Shown: piece by piece, positions 29,891-40,310 of the stretch
Layout: the number at the start of each line of letters is the position of its first letter
Numbering within the stretch: position 1 is the first letter of the stretch
DNA from: Candidatus Peregrinibacteria bacterium UBA1369
Lineage (GTDB): Bacteria > Patescibacteriota > Gracilibacteria > UBA1369
Length of the DNA stretch: 64,000 nucleotides
Reading direction: 5' to 3'
NCBI GenBank assembly: GCA_002305925.1
Contig: DBRL01000013.1
Coordinates: 54,540 to 118,539 of the forward strand
Made by a program: the position numbers and the translations under genes
The notes under the pieces: model-generated
Databases searched by the model: none
The model's input: only the letters and a program-made list of their open reading frames with translations
What the model was told of the DNA's origin: nothing

Positions 29891-32269
29891 ATGATTTCCT
29901 TCCAACGCATCCTTGGAGGAGCCTTGGTCGTGCAGTTGCTACTGACAACCACGGCTTTCGGCGCCACCAATCCATCGTACCTGGCTCCGGCCAACAGTTT
30001 CGTCTACCTGGAAAGCAACACCGCCCAGGAAAACCCCCTCAAGGGTCAACTGGCCGACCTGCTGCGCCAGGCTGGCGAAGACATGGAAAATCAGGCCACA
30101 CTCAATGCTATCGCCGATAACATCGACCAGACCACCATCGCTATCAGCACCGCCTTTCACCAGGACGGCAGTGACATCTATTTCCTCTCAATGGCCCTGG
30201 ACGAGGACGACTTTCAAACCATTATCGACGAATTAACGGACAAAGACCTGATCATCAAAGACCTGGGCCAGAACAACATCATCTACCTGACCGGAGACGA
30301 CTTTTATTTCACCCACAAGGACGGTAATCTGCTGGCCTCCAATCGGGAAGGCATGGTCTCCGACCTTTTGCTGGTCCACAATCCCGACTCCATCGGCAAA
30401 ACAGCCGACTGGCAATTTCTCAACGGCAAAAGCAGTGGACGTGAATTCCTGCGCGGACTGATCAATTTCCGCCAAATGCCGGACAGTCTGGCCGAAGAAG
30501 AAAACCTCCCCTTCCAACTGACCGATTTAATTGAGTCCGAGAGCTTTGCCATCGAACAGACCAGCAGCGGCTTCAAAGGAATCGTTTCCGTCAAGAGCGG
30601 CTCCATGATGGAAAAATTATCGACCAGACCAACTTTTGTTCCTGAATTATACAAAAAGCTGCGCGCGGAAGGCGTTCTGTTTCATAGTGAATCCTTTGAT
30701 TTGGCCAGCGGCATCGTCGACACCATCGAACTGTTCTCGGCCATGTCCGGCCAGGCAACCGAAAGCGATCTCGAAGATTTCTACGCCGCCTTCGAAGAGG
30801 AAATTCTGGCAGCAACCGGACTGAATCTGGAGAAGCAAATCACTCCCCTGCTGCGCAACCGGTTTTCTCTCAGCATACACGATGAATCAGAACTGCAAAT
30901 GGCCCCTGCATTCACGCTGCTCAGCGATGTCAAAGGAAATGAAACCCTGGCCCGGGAAACCCTGGCCGCCATGCATTCCCAGCTGCAACAAAACATGCAG
31001 GACACCTTTGACAGATTTTACGATCAGGAATTGGCCTATCGCGAAGAATTAAAACAATATTTCGACGAAGATCCGTCCTATACTCCAACCACCCTGCCGG
31101 ACCGCCAAACCCTGAACCAGCTTTTTTTCCAGCAGTCTTCCCAAACCGTCAACGGCACAGTGTTCAACCAGCTGACCTTTGACCCGGAGGCCAACATGTA
31201 TTTCTATCAGGACGATTACCAGCCCAACCCGAAAACGGTTTTCACACTGTCCAGCGGCGTTACATCCGACGGTCTGCTGATTTTAACCACCAGCAAGAAC
31301 CTCAACACGCTTTTGTCGGGCAACGGCGGTATTGGCCAGGACAGCGAATGGCAAAAAAGCTATCAGGGGGGAAGCATGCTGGAAATAAATTTCCTTCAGC
31401 TGGACAATCTGGGCAGCTATATCGAAAAATTGGCCATCACAATAGACCCCGAATATGGACCGCAGGAGGTTGAGCCAATCCTGGATTTCCTCAGTCCGCT
31501 ACACAGTCTCACCGTAAAAAGCAGCAAAGAAAACGATTATTTCCTGGGACATTTCTCTCTGAACATGGACTTGTCAGTAACGGAAAATCTGATCGAATCA
31601 ATCTTTGAGGCAATGCAAAATTATTCCAACAGCTACGGTGAATACGATTATTATAACTGGGACGAATTTAACCGCTTTCAATTGACCGAACCAGCGCTCT
31701 TCCAAAAATTCAACTTCAGCGACGTCGATGAAAAAGCCTGGTACGCCCCCTATGTCTATCACATGGCCAATCTGGGCATCATGAAAGGTTATGGCAACAA
31801 TGAATTCCGTCCGGCCCAAAACATCACCAGAGCAGAATTCATCAAAACCATCATCACCGCGTACCAAAAACGCTATGGACAGGAAGAACCAAACAATATC
31901 ATGCCAGTAAAAGGATTTTCCGACGTACTGGCCAATGACTGGTTTTCTCCCTATGTCAATCAGGCGCTCAGTCTGGAACTGATTACCGGCTACAATGATG
32001 GCACCTTCCGTCCGAATCAGACCATTACGCGCGCCGAGGCTACCGCCATCCTGGTCCGTACCTGGGAAAACGACCATTATTTCTACGAAATGGCACTGGA
32101 TGAACCCTTTGACGACGTCAATCCGACAGACTGGTTTCAAGCGGCCATAGCCAAAGCCTATCAACTCAATCTGGTCAGTGGAAAAACACCCACCACCTTT
32201 GCTCCCAGCGCCCCGCTCAGCCGAGCCGAAACAGCCACCCTGATCAGCCGCTATTTGGAGTGGTACTAA
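29891..32269 (+). CDS. Secreted acidic protein with three C-terminal SLH (S-layer homology) domains
   Basis: Signal peptide; FSDV...WY...GIMKGY...FRPAQNITRAE, repeated three times. Confidence 0.88.
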   Translation: MISFQRILGGALVVQLLLTTTAFGATNPSYLAPANSFVYLESNTAQENPLKGQLADLLRQAGEDMENQATLNAIADNIDQTTIAISTAFHQDGSDIYFLSMALDEDDFQTIIDELTDKDLIIKDLGQNNIIYLTGDDFYFTHKDGNLLASNREGMVSDLLLVHNPDSIGKTADWQFLNGKSSGREFLRGLINFRQMPDSLAEEENLPFQLTDLIESESFAIEQTSSGFKGIVSVKSGSMMEKLSTRPTFVPELYKKLRAEGVLFHSESFDLASGIVDTIELFSAMSGQATESDLEDFYAAFEEEILAATGLNLEKQITPLLRNRFSLSIHDESELQMAPAFTLLSDVKGNETLARETLAAMHSQLQQNMQDTFDRFYDQELAYREELKQYFDEDPSYTPTTLPDRQTLNQLFFQQSSQTVNGTVFNQLTFDPEANMYFYQDDYQPNPKTVFTLSSGVTSDGLLILTTSKNLNTLLSGNGGIGQDSEWQKSYQGGSMLEINFLQLDNLGSYIEKLAITIDPEYGPQEVEPILDFLSPLHSLTVKSSKENDYFLGHFSLNMDLSVTENLIESIFEAMQNYSNSYGEYDYYNWDEFNRFQLTEPALFQKFNFSDVDEKAWYAPYVYHMANLGIMKGYGNNEFRPAQNITRAEFIKTIITAYQKRYGQEEPNNIMPVKGFSDVLANDWFSPYVNQALSLELITGYNDGTFRPNQTITRAEATAILVRTWENDHYFYEMALDEPFDDVNPTDWFQAAIAKAYQLNLVSGKTPTTFAPSAPLSRAETATLISRYLEWY

Positions 32270-32305
32270 TTGATTAGATTAAACCGACAAACCTTAATTA
32301 TCACT

Positions 32306-32340
32306 AGAAAGAAGGCTTTATAAAGCCTTCTTTCTTTTTA
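32306..32340. terminator. Perfect 30-bp palindrome, probable intrinsic terminator
   Basis: AGAAAGAAGGCTTTA|TAAAGCCTTCTTTCT then TTTT. Confidence 0.75.
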
Positions 32341-32478
32341 AATTTAAAGATTTTCTTAAACGCCTAAAAATATATTTTCCTTAAAGATAGGGGCGGACAA
32401 TTCCTCCCCAAATAAACAAACTTCAATTGGTTTGAGAACGTCTATGTGCTACAAAAATATAAACAGCAAATCAAGAGT

Positions 32479-35178
32479 ATGGAAAACACCTATATTGCCC
32501 TGGACCTGGAAACCACCGGATTTGACCCCGCCACCGATGAAGTTCTGGAAATCGCCGCCATCAAATTCCAGGGCGAAAAAATCCTGGAAACCTTTCAAAC
32601 TCTGGTCAAACCGGCCACGGAAATACCGGCAATGGTTAGCCACATCACAGGCATCACCGTCGACACGGTCAGAGAAGCTCCAACTTTTGAGGATGTGCGC
32701 GACAATCTCAGCATCTTTCTGGGCAACCTGCCGATTGTCGGTCACAATATTGAGTTTGATCTGACCTTTTTGGAGGCCAAAGGCATTCCCATTCTCAGCC
32801 CCCAGTTTGACACACTCAAACTTTCGGCCATCCTGCTGCCACGCCTGCCCTCTTACAGTCTCGACACCATCAGCCGCCAGCTGAAAATCGTCCACGACCA
32901 AAAACACCGCGCCTACTCGGACGCATTGGTGTGCGTCAAACTGTTCAATTTGCTGGTGGAAAAAATCAAAACAATTCCCGCGCCACTGCTCCGGGAAATT
33001 CGCGAGATTGCTGAGCGAGGCGAATGGGACTTGGCAAAGATATTCACACAGACCGACAGCACTGCCAAAACAAATAAACGTCGCCCCGTTTCCGCCACCA
33101 AAACTCCGGAACCGCTTCCCGCTACACCGCCGGTTGACGACAAGAGAGCGCCCCATACAACCGGCCAGCCACAAAACGAAGACATTGTTGAACTGCTCGG
33201 CTCCAAAAGCCCCCTGGCCGGGATACTAAAAAACTATGAATATCGACCCGGCCAACAGACTTTCTTTCTCAAAATACTTGAAGCGGCACAAGAAGGACAC
33301 CACCTGATTGCCGAAGCGGGCACCGGCACCGGCAAAACCATGGCCTATCTGCTGGCGGCAGCCGCATTACGTACCCAGTCAGGCAAAAAAACCATTATTT
33401 CCACACATACCAATCATCTGCAGGATCAGATCATCGAAAAGGAATTTCCACTGATCCGTAAACTATTCCCCGGTCTGACCATTACAGTCCTAAAGGGACG
33501 CCGCAAATACCTTGACCGAAGTCGATTGCAAATACTACGTGACAAACCGCTACTCGAAGAACATGAAATCAGCGCCCTGATCAAAATTCTGCTCTGGCTG
33601 GAAGAAACCGAAAACGGTGATTTGGATGAATTGAACCTGCAAAACAAAGAAGTGCTAATTTATGATCAGATCTGCAGCGACCCCGACGGTCTTCACCATC
33701 CGCAGACCACAGCCGGCCAGGACTTCCTGGACCAGGCCAGAGCACGAGCTGAAAATGCCGATTTGGTCATCGTTAACCACGCCCTGCTGACACAGGACAG
33801 CCTGATGGAAAACTCAATTTTACCTGATGCCGACGTTTTAATTATCGATGAAGCGCATCACCTGGAAAAAACGTTGACCGATGCCCAGACAGTTATCTTC
33901 GGCGAAAACCGCCCCTACAAACTCTGGGAAAACCTCTTTGAGGCCGGCTTCAAACACATCAATCCCGAACAGTTTTTCCCCGAACGGTGGCCGGCCCTGC
34001 TCGAAAGACTCAAAACCGAACGCCAACTCTGTCTGGAAAACATCCCCCAAATCTTTCGTCTGTTGGAAAGCCTGATGAACCGTTTCTCTTCCGCTCCACC
34101 CGGCCTGGGCATGCGACTGGCCATCGACCAGAAACTGAGAACCGACCCACAATGGCAACAAATACTGGATCTGCTTGTCGAAATGGAGCAGCAAACCCCG
34201 CGCATCGCCCAGCTCTGCCGCGACATATCCACTCTTTTTCAGGACCTGCCGGTCGTTAACGAACAAATCGGCTACGCTCTACATGAAATCGAGCGATTTT
34301 TCCTGCAAATCAGCGCCTTTACCGGCGACGCCAACCACCAGATCACCTGGATCAACAAAAATTTCGATGACAGCATTCACCTGGCCACGGCGCCGCTGGC
34401 CATAGACCAGACTTTTGACGAAAAAGTTACCTCCCCCTACTCCACCGTCGTTCTCACCTCGGCCACGCTTTCCACCTATGGCAATTTCAATTACCTGCGC
34501 CGCGAACTGGGCCTGGAAGACAATTATGAACAAATACTTATCCCCAGCCATTTCAGCTATCCCGACCAGGTAAAAATTATCATTCCCGAAGACCTCTCCG
34601 ACCCCCGAGACAGCGACTACCTCAATCAATGCCGGCAAATCATTTCCGACGTAATCCAGAAAAACGGCGGACGCACGCTGGTACTTTTCACCGCCAAAAA
34701 AGATTTGGCCCATGTCTTCCATAACCTGGCCCCCTCACTGAAAACTGCCGGCTACAACCTGCTGGCCCAAAACATTTCCGGGGGACGCGGCAAAATACTG
34801 GCGCATTTCCAGGACGAGCCCGACCGTTGCGCCATTCTGGGCACCAACAGTTTCTGGGAAGGAGTCGACTTACTCGGCCCCGTACTGACCTGCGTTATCA
34901 TCCAAAAATTGCCTTTTGACCCCCCCGACGACCCGATCATCAAAGCCCGCTCCGCCCGCTTCGAAAAGCCGTTTGAACAATACGCCCTGCCCCGCGCCAT
35001 TCTGCGTTTCAAACAGGGCTTCGGGCGCCTGATCAGATCGGCGGAGGACACGGGGGCCGTCATCATCCTCGACTCCAGACTGGTACAAAAAAGCTATGGA
35101 CAGGAATTCGTTTCCTCGCTTCCTTCAGGCATCAAAATCCACCAATGCGCTCGCGGTGAAACCTCCGAATTCATCTAA
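32479..35178 (+). CDS. dinG: DEDDh exonuclease-DinG helicase fusion
   Basis: DLETTG/HNIEFD/HRAYSDA exonuclease; AGTGTGKT, DEAHHL, SAT, FWEGVD, QGFGRLIR helicase. Confidence 0.9.
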   Translation: MENTYIALDLETTGFDPATDEVLEIAAIKFQGEKILETFQTLVKPATEIPAMVSHITGITVDTVREAPTFEDVRDNLSIFLGNLPIVGHNIEFDLTFLEAKGIPILSPQFDTLKLSAILLPRLPSYSLDTISRQLKIVHDQKHRAYSDALVCVKLFNLLVEKIKTIPAPLLREIREIAERGEWDLAKIFTQTDSTAKTNKRRPVSATKTPEPLPATPPVDDKRAPHTTGQPQNEDIVELLGSKSPLAGILKNYEYRPGQQTFFLKILEAAQEGHHLIAEAGTGTGKTMAYLLAAAALRTQSGKKTIISTHTNHLQDQIIEKEFPLIRKLFPGLTITVLKGRRKYLDRSRLQILRDKPLLEEHEISALIKILLWLEETENGDLDELNLQNKEVLIYDQICSDPDGLHHPQTTAGQDFLDQARARAENADLVIVNHALLTQDSLMENSILPDADVLIIDEAHHLEKTLTDAQTVIFGENRPYKLWENLFEAGFKHINPEQFFPERWPALLERLKTERQLCLENIPQIFRLLESLMNRFSSAPPGLGMRLAIDQKLRTDPQWQQILDLLVEMEQQTPRIAQLCRDISTLFQDLPVVNEQIGYALHEIERFFLQISAFTGDANHQITWINKNFDDSIHLATAPLAIDQTFDEKVTSPYSTVVLTSATLSTYGNFNYLRRELGLEDNYEQILIPSHFSYPDQVKIIIPEDLSDPRDSDYLNQCRQIISDVIQKNGGRTLVLFTAKKDLAHVFHNLAPSLKTAGYNLLAQNISGGRGKILAHFQDEPDRCAILGTNSFWEGVDLLGPVLTCVIIQKLPFDPPDDPIIKARSARFEKPFEQYALPRAILRFKQGFGRLIRSAEDTGAVIILDSRLVQKSYGQEFVSSLPSGIKIHQCARGETSEFI

Positions 35179-35239
35179 ACACCGCTTCCAACCAGCGGGA
35201 CAAAATGCTATAATAATATGATTGTTAGCCCCAAAAAGC

Positions 35240-36460
35240 ATGTTCAAAAAAATCCTTCTGGTCATTCTGATTCTGATGATGCTGGCAGTGATCGCCTTTA
35301 TCATCCTGATGGGCGGAGGCGCAAAATTCCTGCAGGGAGCCCTCTATAATCTGCGACCGGTCTATAACGAATGCCGCATTGAGGGAAAGGACTTTCAAAG
35401 CAGCGATGCCACGGACTGTGAAGAATTCATGCAAAGACTGGAAAACAAAGCATTTCCGGACGGCGAGTACACCGTCTTCGCCAAATACGCCGACAGCCGC
35501 CTGCCGGAAAACATTATACCCCTGCGCGTCAGTGAAAACGGCAACACCATTGAATGTACCTATCTGGAAAACGGCTACGAACCGAAAATCAGTGTCGCGC
35601 CGCTTTCCGACACCCTCAGCACTCAACAGCTTGGCGATACGCAGGAAACTCCAATCTATGAACAGGGCACGGTGGTCACGGTCAATTTCCGCAAGAACGG
35701 AAAAGAATACCTCTATGACACCAATATTTGTGAAAAAAGCCTTCAGGCCACCATCTACGATAGAAACAAACAGGAACTGGGCAAGGCCAGCCTGGACCGG
35801 AACGGATTTATCAACAGCCGTCCCCTGGTCCACGAACTGTTGATCAACAACACCCCCTATTACACCAGCTCCGAGGGACAAACCGTCAAGGACTTCCGGG
35901 CCGGTAACATCTATACCGTTTTCAATTTCGCGCCGGACCTCTTTTTCAAACTGACCATACCCTGCTCCAGGGAAAAGGTTGGAGTCTTTATTCCCGCCCT
36001 GGAAACAAACAAAGACATTCTGATCCCCTTTGACGGATTGGAAAAAGACTATCTGGAAACCTGCGGTTCCCGGCTCTATCTCAGTCTGCAAAACACCAAC
36101 CAAGCCGACGACATCCAAATCATCGACCAGCTCAACATCGACCCGCAATCTGATAAACCAACCTATCTGCTCAAACTCGACCAGCTGGCCAGAGTTACGG
36201 ACAAAGACACCACTTTCCCGGTCAGCTTCAAAATCAGCCTGCACCTGCGGGACCGCTCGGATTCAACGGAAATAATCACACTCGGCAGCAGTCTTTTGAA
36301 CATTACGGGATACCAAGCGGGCCAGGCCACTGCTACACCAAGCGCTTCGGGATCAACCAGTGACAAAATGGCCAGCCCCGACGTTACGCGCATCATCGAG
36401 GACAAAACCTCCACCACCGATCAGACCGCGCAAACCAGCCGTCCCAAAGTACGGCGCTGA
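35240..36460 (+). CDS. Hypothetical protein with N-terminal membrane anchor
   Basis: MFKK plus long hydrophobic stretch; 406 aa; several Cys; Ser/Thr tail. Confidence 0.75.
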   Translation: MFKKILLVILILMMLAVIAFIILMGGGAKFLQGALYNLRPVYNECRIEGKDFQSSDATDCEEFMQRLENKAFPDGEYTVFAKYADSRLPENIIPLRVSENGNTIECTYLENGYEPKISVAPLSDTLSTQQLGDTQETPIYEQGTVVTVNFRKNGKEYLYDTNICEKSLQATIYDRNKQELGKASLDRNGFINSRPLVHELLINNTPYYTSSEGQTVKDFRAGNIYTVFNFAPDLFFKLTIPCSREKVGVFIPALETNKDILIPFDGLEKDYLETCGSRLYLSLQNTNQADDIQIIDQLNIDPQSDKPTYLLKLDQLARVTDKDTTFPVSFKISLHLRDRSDSTEIITLGSSLLNITGYQAGQATATPSASGSTSDKMASPDVTRIIEDKTSTTDQTAQTSRPKVRR

Positions 36461-36498
36461 TTAAGCCGACAGCAAGTCTTACGGCCACCGAGAACAAT

Positions 36499-36527
36499 TT
36501 GCATTAGGCCGTCAGGTCGTTTAAAAT
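36499..36527 (+). promoter_or_regulatory. sigma70-type promoter of lemA
   Basis: TTGCAT-17 nt-TAAAAT. Confidence 0.55.
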
Positions 36528-36567
36528 TGGCGCAGGTTTTTTTGCAATATCAATTTAATTTAAACCA

Positions 36568-37140
36568 ATGGAACTGCTTATAGTTTTAGGCGTAATAGCC
36601 GCTCTGGCCTTTGCCGTTATCGGCGTGTACAACTCCCTGATCCAGCTGAAAAACAAAGTGGACGAGGGATGGGCTGACATTGAAACACAATTAAAACGCC
36701 GCTACGACCTGATCCCCAACATGGTTGAGACCGTAAAGGGATATGCCAAGCACGAAAACAAAACCCTGGAGGACGTTATCAAAGCCCGCAACATCGCCAT
36801 GACCGCCACCGACCCCGACGAGAAGATCAAGGCTGAAAACGCACTGACCGGGACACTGAAAACACTTTTCGCCGTAGCCGAAAACTACCCCGACCTGAAA
36901 GCCAACCAGAACTTCATGGACCTGCAGGCAACTCTCAAGGAAATTGAGGAAAAACTGCAACTTTCCCGCCGTTATTACAACGCCACCGTACGCGACTTTA
37001 ACACCAAGGTGGAAATTTTCCCCAACAACATCATCGCCGGGGTATTCAACTTTGCCCGCCGCAAATTCTTTGAAATCGAAAACCCCGAAGAGCGCGAAAA
37101 CGTCAAGGTTTCGTTCAACAACGACGAGGAAAAAAAATAA
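36568..37140 (+). CDS. lemA: LemA family protein
   Basis: YNSL, QLKRRYDLIPN.VETVKGYA.HE, ENYPDLKA, RRYYN, FPNN. Confidence 0.95.
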   Translation: MELLIVLGVIAALAFAVIGVYNSLIQLKNKVDEGWADIETQLKRRYDLIPNMVETVKGYAKHENKTLEDVIKARNIAMTATDPDEKIKAENALTGTLKTLFAVAENYPDLKANQNFMDLQATLKEIEEKLQLSRRYYNATVRDFNTKVEIFPNNIIAGVFNFARRKFFEIENPEERENVKVSFNNDEEKK

Positions 37141-37159
37141 TCTAACCATCTGGACGCCC

Positions 37160-38971
37160 ATGTCGCACAACTTTTTCAGAAAGTTCGTCCAGATATTTAT
37201 TTTCTGTGCCCTGCCCGGAATAGTTCTGGCTCAGAGCTCTGCCGCCGACGTGGACTTCAGTGCCTATAATCTGCACAACTGGGGCATTCGCGATTTCCAT
37301 GCCGATATTCAAATCAATCAGGACAGTTCCATCGATGTAACTGAGCGCATAGTTGCCGACTTTACCGCTGCCAGCGACCGCCGCGGCATTATCCGCCACA
37401 TTCCGATCAAATATCAGGACCGTTACAAACAAAACCTTGATCTGCGCTTCAATTTGATCAGCGTCACCGATGAAAATGGGCAGCCACACGAAACCTCCAC
37501 CAGTTGGACCGGAGACAGCGTCAGTCTGCGCATTGGTTCACCGGAAATCTACGTCGACGGTCAGGTAAAAACCTATATTATCAAATACCAGTTGGCCCGG
37601 GGTTTAAACCGCTTCGAAGACCATGATGAACTCTACTGGAACGTCACCGGCAACGGCTGGGACACGGCCATAGCCGGCAGCAGCGCCACGGTCCGCCTAC
37701 CACGGGCTAGCAATACGACCGATTTGAAAGCCATCTGCTACACCGGAGCCGGATACAGCACGGAACAGGACTGTCAGGCCGACGTCGCCGACGGTCAAAC
37801 CTACCGCTTCACCAGCAACCACCTTCTGCCACCTTACTCCGGTTTGACCATTGCCGTCTCCTTCCCCAAGGATCTCGTGGAGTTTCCCGGTTTGACCACC
37901 TATCTGCAGTGGTTTTTGACCGACAACTGGGGCTATTTCATTCCCCTGCTGGTTTTCCTATACCTCTATTATCATTGGCACAAGCATGGCCGGGATCCGG
38001 CGGCTAGCCGATCGACCATCGTCCCCCTCTACGAGGCGCCCGACAACCTGCGTCCCGCTGAAATCGGCACGCTGATCGACGACAAAGTGGACATGCCGGA
38101 CATCACCAGCACCATTATTGACCTGGCCACCAGAGGCTACCTGAAAATCATCGAAAAAAAGGAAAAAGGCATGCTCTGGGGAGAAAACGTTTCCTACACC
38201 TTGGAAAAAACCACTCCCGCCCAAAAACAGTCCAGTCATGCCAACACCGACCAGCCGCTGCAGGATTTCGAGACCAAAATCTACCAGGCCGTCTTTGGCA
38301 GCGACAACTCCGTCAGCCTCGATTCGCTTAAATACAAATTTTACAAGGATATCCCTGGCATCAAAACCTCCATCTACGAAACCCTGGTCAAGAAAAAATA
38401 TTATGTTTCCAATCCGGACAAAGCGCGCGAAACATATATGGGGTGCGGCGGAGCATTGAGTTTTGTTACCCTCTTCTTCCTTGGTTTTCTGATTGAATAC
38501 AGCCTTTCCATTTTCCTCGGCCTGATCATCTCCGGCATCCTGATTTTTGTATTTGGTTTCTTCATGCCCAAAAAAACCCAGCTCGGAGCCGACACGCGCA
38601 TCCAGGTACTCGGGCTGGAAGAGTTCCTCCGTACTGCCGAAAAAGACCGCATGAAATTTTACGAAGACCAGAATATTTTCGAAAAAATGCTCCCCTATGC
38701 CATCGCACTGGGTCTGGCTGACAAATGGGCCAGGGCCTGCGAAGGCCTGGCCAAAGAGCAACCAGACTGGTACCAGTCAGGCGACAAGGGGCTACGCACC
38801 TCCTTCAACTCTCTTTATTTCCTCAACGCGCTGAACAGCTTCAACAGCACCATCTCCAGCAATATGACCGCCGCCCCCCGCAGTTCCGCTTCCGGCGGCA
38901 GCAGCGGTTTCAGCAGTGGCGGTGGCTTCAGCGGCGGCGGCTTTGGCGGGGGCGGCGGCAGCAGTTGGTAA
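37160..38971 (+). CDS. DUF2207 membrane protein
   Basis: RGIIR.IP, ELYWNVTG, DLATRGYL, LPYAIALG, Gly-rich GGGGGSSW tail; lemA partner. Confidence 0.9.
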   Translation: MSHNFFRKFVQIFIFCALPGIVLAQSSAADVDFSAYNLHNWGIRDFHADIQINQDSSIDVTERIVADFTAASDRRGIIRHIPIKYQDRYKQNLDLRFNLISVTDENGQPHETSTSWTGDSVSLRIGSPEIYVDGQVKTYIIKYQLARGLNRFEDHDELYWNVTGNGWDTAIAGSSATVRLPRASNTTDLKAICYTGAGYSTEQDCQADVADGQTYRFTSNHLLPPYSGLTIAVSFPKDLVEFPGLTTYLQWFLTDNWGYFIPLLVFLYLYYHWHKHGRDPAASRSTIVPLYEAPDNLRPAEIGTLIDDKVDMPDITSTIIDLATRGYLKIIEKKEKGMLWGENVSYTLEKTTPAQKQSSHANTDQPLQDFETKIYQAVFGSDNSVSLDSLKYKFYKDIPGIKTSIYETLVKKKYYVSNPDKARETYMGCGGALSFVTLFFLGFLIEYSLSIFLGLIISGILIFVFGFFMPKKTQLGADTRIQVLGLEEFLRTAEKDRMKFYEDQNIFEKMLPYAIALGLADKWARACEGLAKEQPDWYQSGDKGLRTSFNSLYFLNALNSFNSTISSNMTAAPRSSASGGSSGFSSGGGFSGGGFGGGGGSSW

Positions 38972-39017
38972 ATAGCACGACAGGATCTGGTCAGCGGTCG
39001 CCGACTTCAAATACTGT

Positions 39018-40265
39018 CTATTTAATCAGCCGCAATGCGCTACGACGGGATTGCTCACGCTGGCTTTCGATTTGCCGCTCCATCCGTTTCCATTGGTTAA
39101 AATATTCTTCCTGCCGACCATGAGCCTGAACTTCAATCTGATTTGCCGCTAGAATACGCGTACGCAAAAGCAGCTCACTCTCTTCAACCAAACTGCTTTC
39201 CAGAGCCGACCTGGCCAGCGAAAGCAGCCTCTCCGGGAAAAACTCATCCAGTTGATTTTGTTGATAGGTAATGGACAAACCGTCGGGACCGGGAATTTCA
39301 GTGCTACCCGGATCGTTCCGCCCGCCTTCGCGCAAAAAATTTGGCACAAACACAGCTTCACTGCAAGCCCTGTAAAGATAGTTTTTTTTCATGGCCTGAA
39401 AATTTGGCAATTGATCAAAATCATCCGTCTGGCCATTTCGGTTGCCCAAAAGCCGTACGGCCCTGCGCACGGATTCCGCCAAGAGAAGATGATAGGGCGG
39501 ATAAATATAATTGCGATCAAGCAGTTTTTCCAAACGTCCCCTCTCCCATAGAGCTTTGCCATTGGAGCCAAACTCCTTTTTCAACTGGGCCAGTGAATTG
39601 AGAACGTTTCCCAGGGACAAGGTCAAATTTGTAACCATGCGCTGATTCACCTGAACCGGTGAACCAATCATTTCCAGAGAAAAGGAGAGATCAGCAAGCA
39701 TCGCCTCGAGATTGCCATGCAGCTGTCTCAACAAAAGACACAGATTGATCAGCAGCCCCCAATACAAAGAGCATTGTTCCGCCAGGAAAGTTCCCATCAA
39801 TTGATCATCGTGATACAGGTCCGGAACACTTTGCTCCCAGGACTGCAAATCGGCGCGCATCCTGGCAACAATTTGCATGGCGGCACCACGCATGGCCGCA
39901 AGATTATTACCGTGCAAATCGACACCATACTTTTCGTCCAGTCTGCGAACGGTCTGCATTTGTTTCCTGACCGATACACCGGACTGATCTACGCTCTCGC
40001 GAAAAAGACTTGCGCCCGCTTCCCCCAAACCAGCCTGCTCAATTTCCTTGATCCGCCAGAGCAAAGTCACTGCATCGGCCAGTGGCGCCCTGACCAAATC
40101 CCTATAGTTCTCACAAAGCGGATGACGCAGCATCCTGCCAATTTGCAAAAACAGTTTGGCGGCCAGATCAAATGGTATTTCATCACGTCCATCCAGGACT
40201 TTCTGAAAATCCTGCCTGGCCTCCAGCTGTCCACCGACAATGGTTTGCGTTCTAATCCTTTCCAT
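39018..40265 (-). CDS. Hypothetical helical protein
   Basis: 415-aa ORF, co-oriented just downstream of uvrB; no motif recognised. Confidence 0.7.
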   Translation of the reverse strand: MERIRTQTIVGGQLEARQDFQKVLDGRDEIPFDLAAKLFLQIGRMLRHPLCENYRDLVRAPLADAVTLLWRIKEIEQAGLGEAGASLFRESVDQSGVSVRKQMQTVRRLDEKYGVDLHGNNLAAMRGAAMQIVARMRADLQSWEQSVPDLYHDDQLMGTFLAEQCSLYWGLLINLCLLLRQLHGNLEAMLADLSFSLEMIGSPVQVNQRMVTNLTLSLGNVLNSLAQLKKEFGSNGKALWERGRLEKLLDRNYIYPPYHLLLAESVRRAVRLLGNRNGQTDDFDQLPNFQAMKKNYLYRACSEAVFVPNFLREGGRNDPGSTEIPGPDGLSITYQQNQLDEFFPERLLSLARSALESSLVEESELLLRTRILAANQIEVQAHGRQEEYFNQWKRMERQIESQREQSRRSALRLIK

Positions 40266-40310
40266 GATTTGAGTAATCAGGACGGTTATTAAAACACAAA
40301 TTAACGGCGA

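Noticed and set aside
35225..36244. 339-aa antisense ORF
   Set aside because: Mirror of the + strand membrane-anchored gene, which has a promoter-like upstream region and host codon usage.
36944..37159. Upstream extension of the DUF2207 ORF
   Set aside because: Overlaps lemA; the signal peptide starts at ATG 37160.
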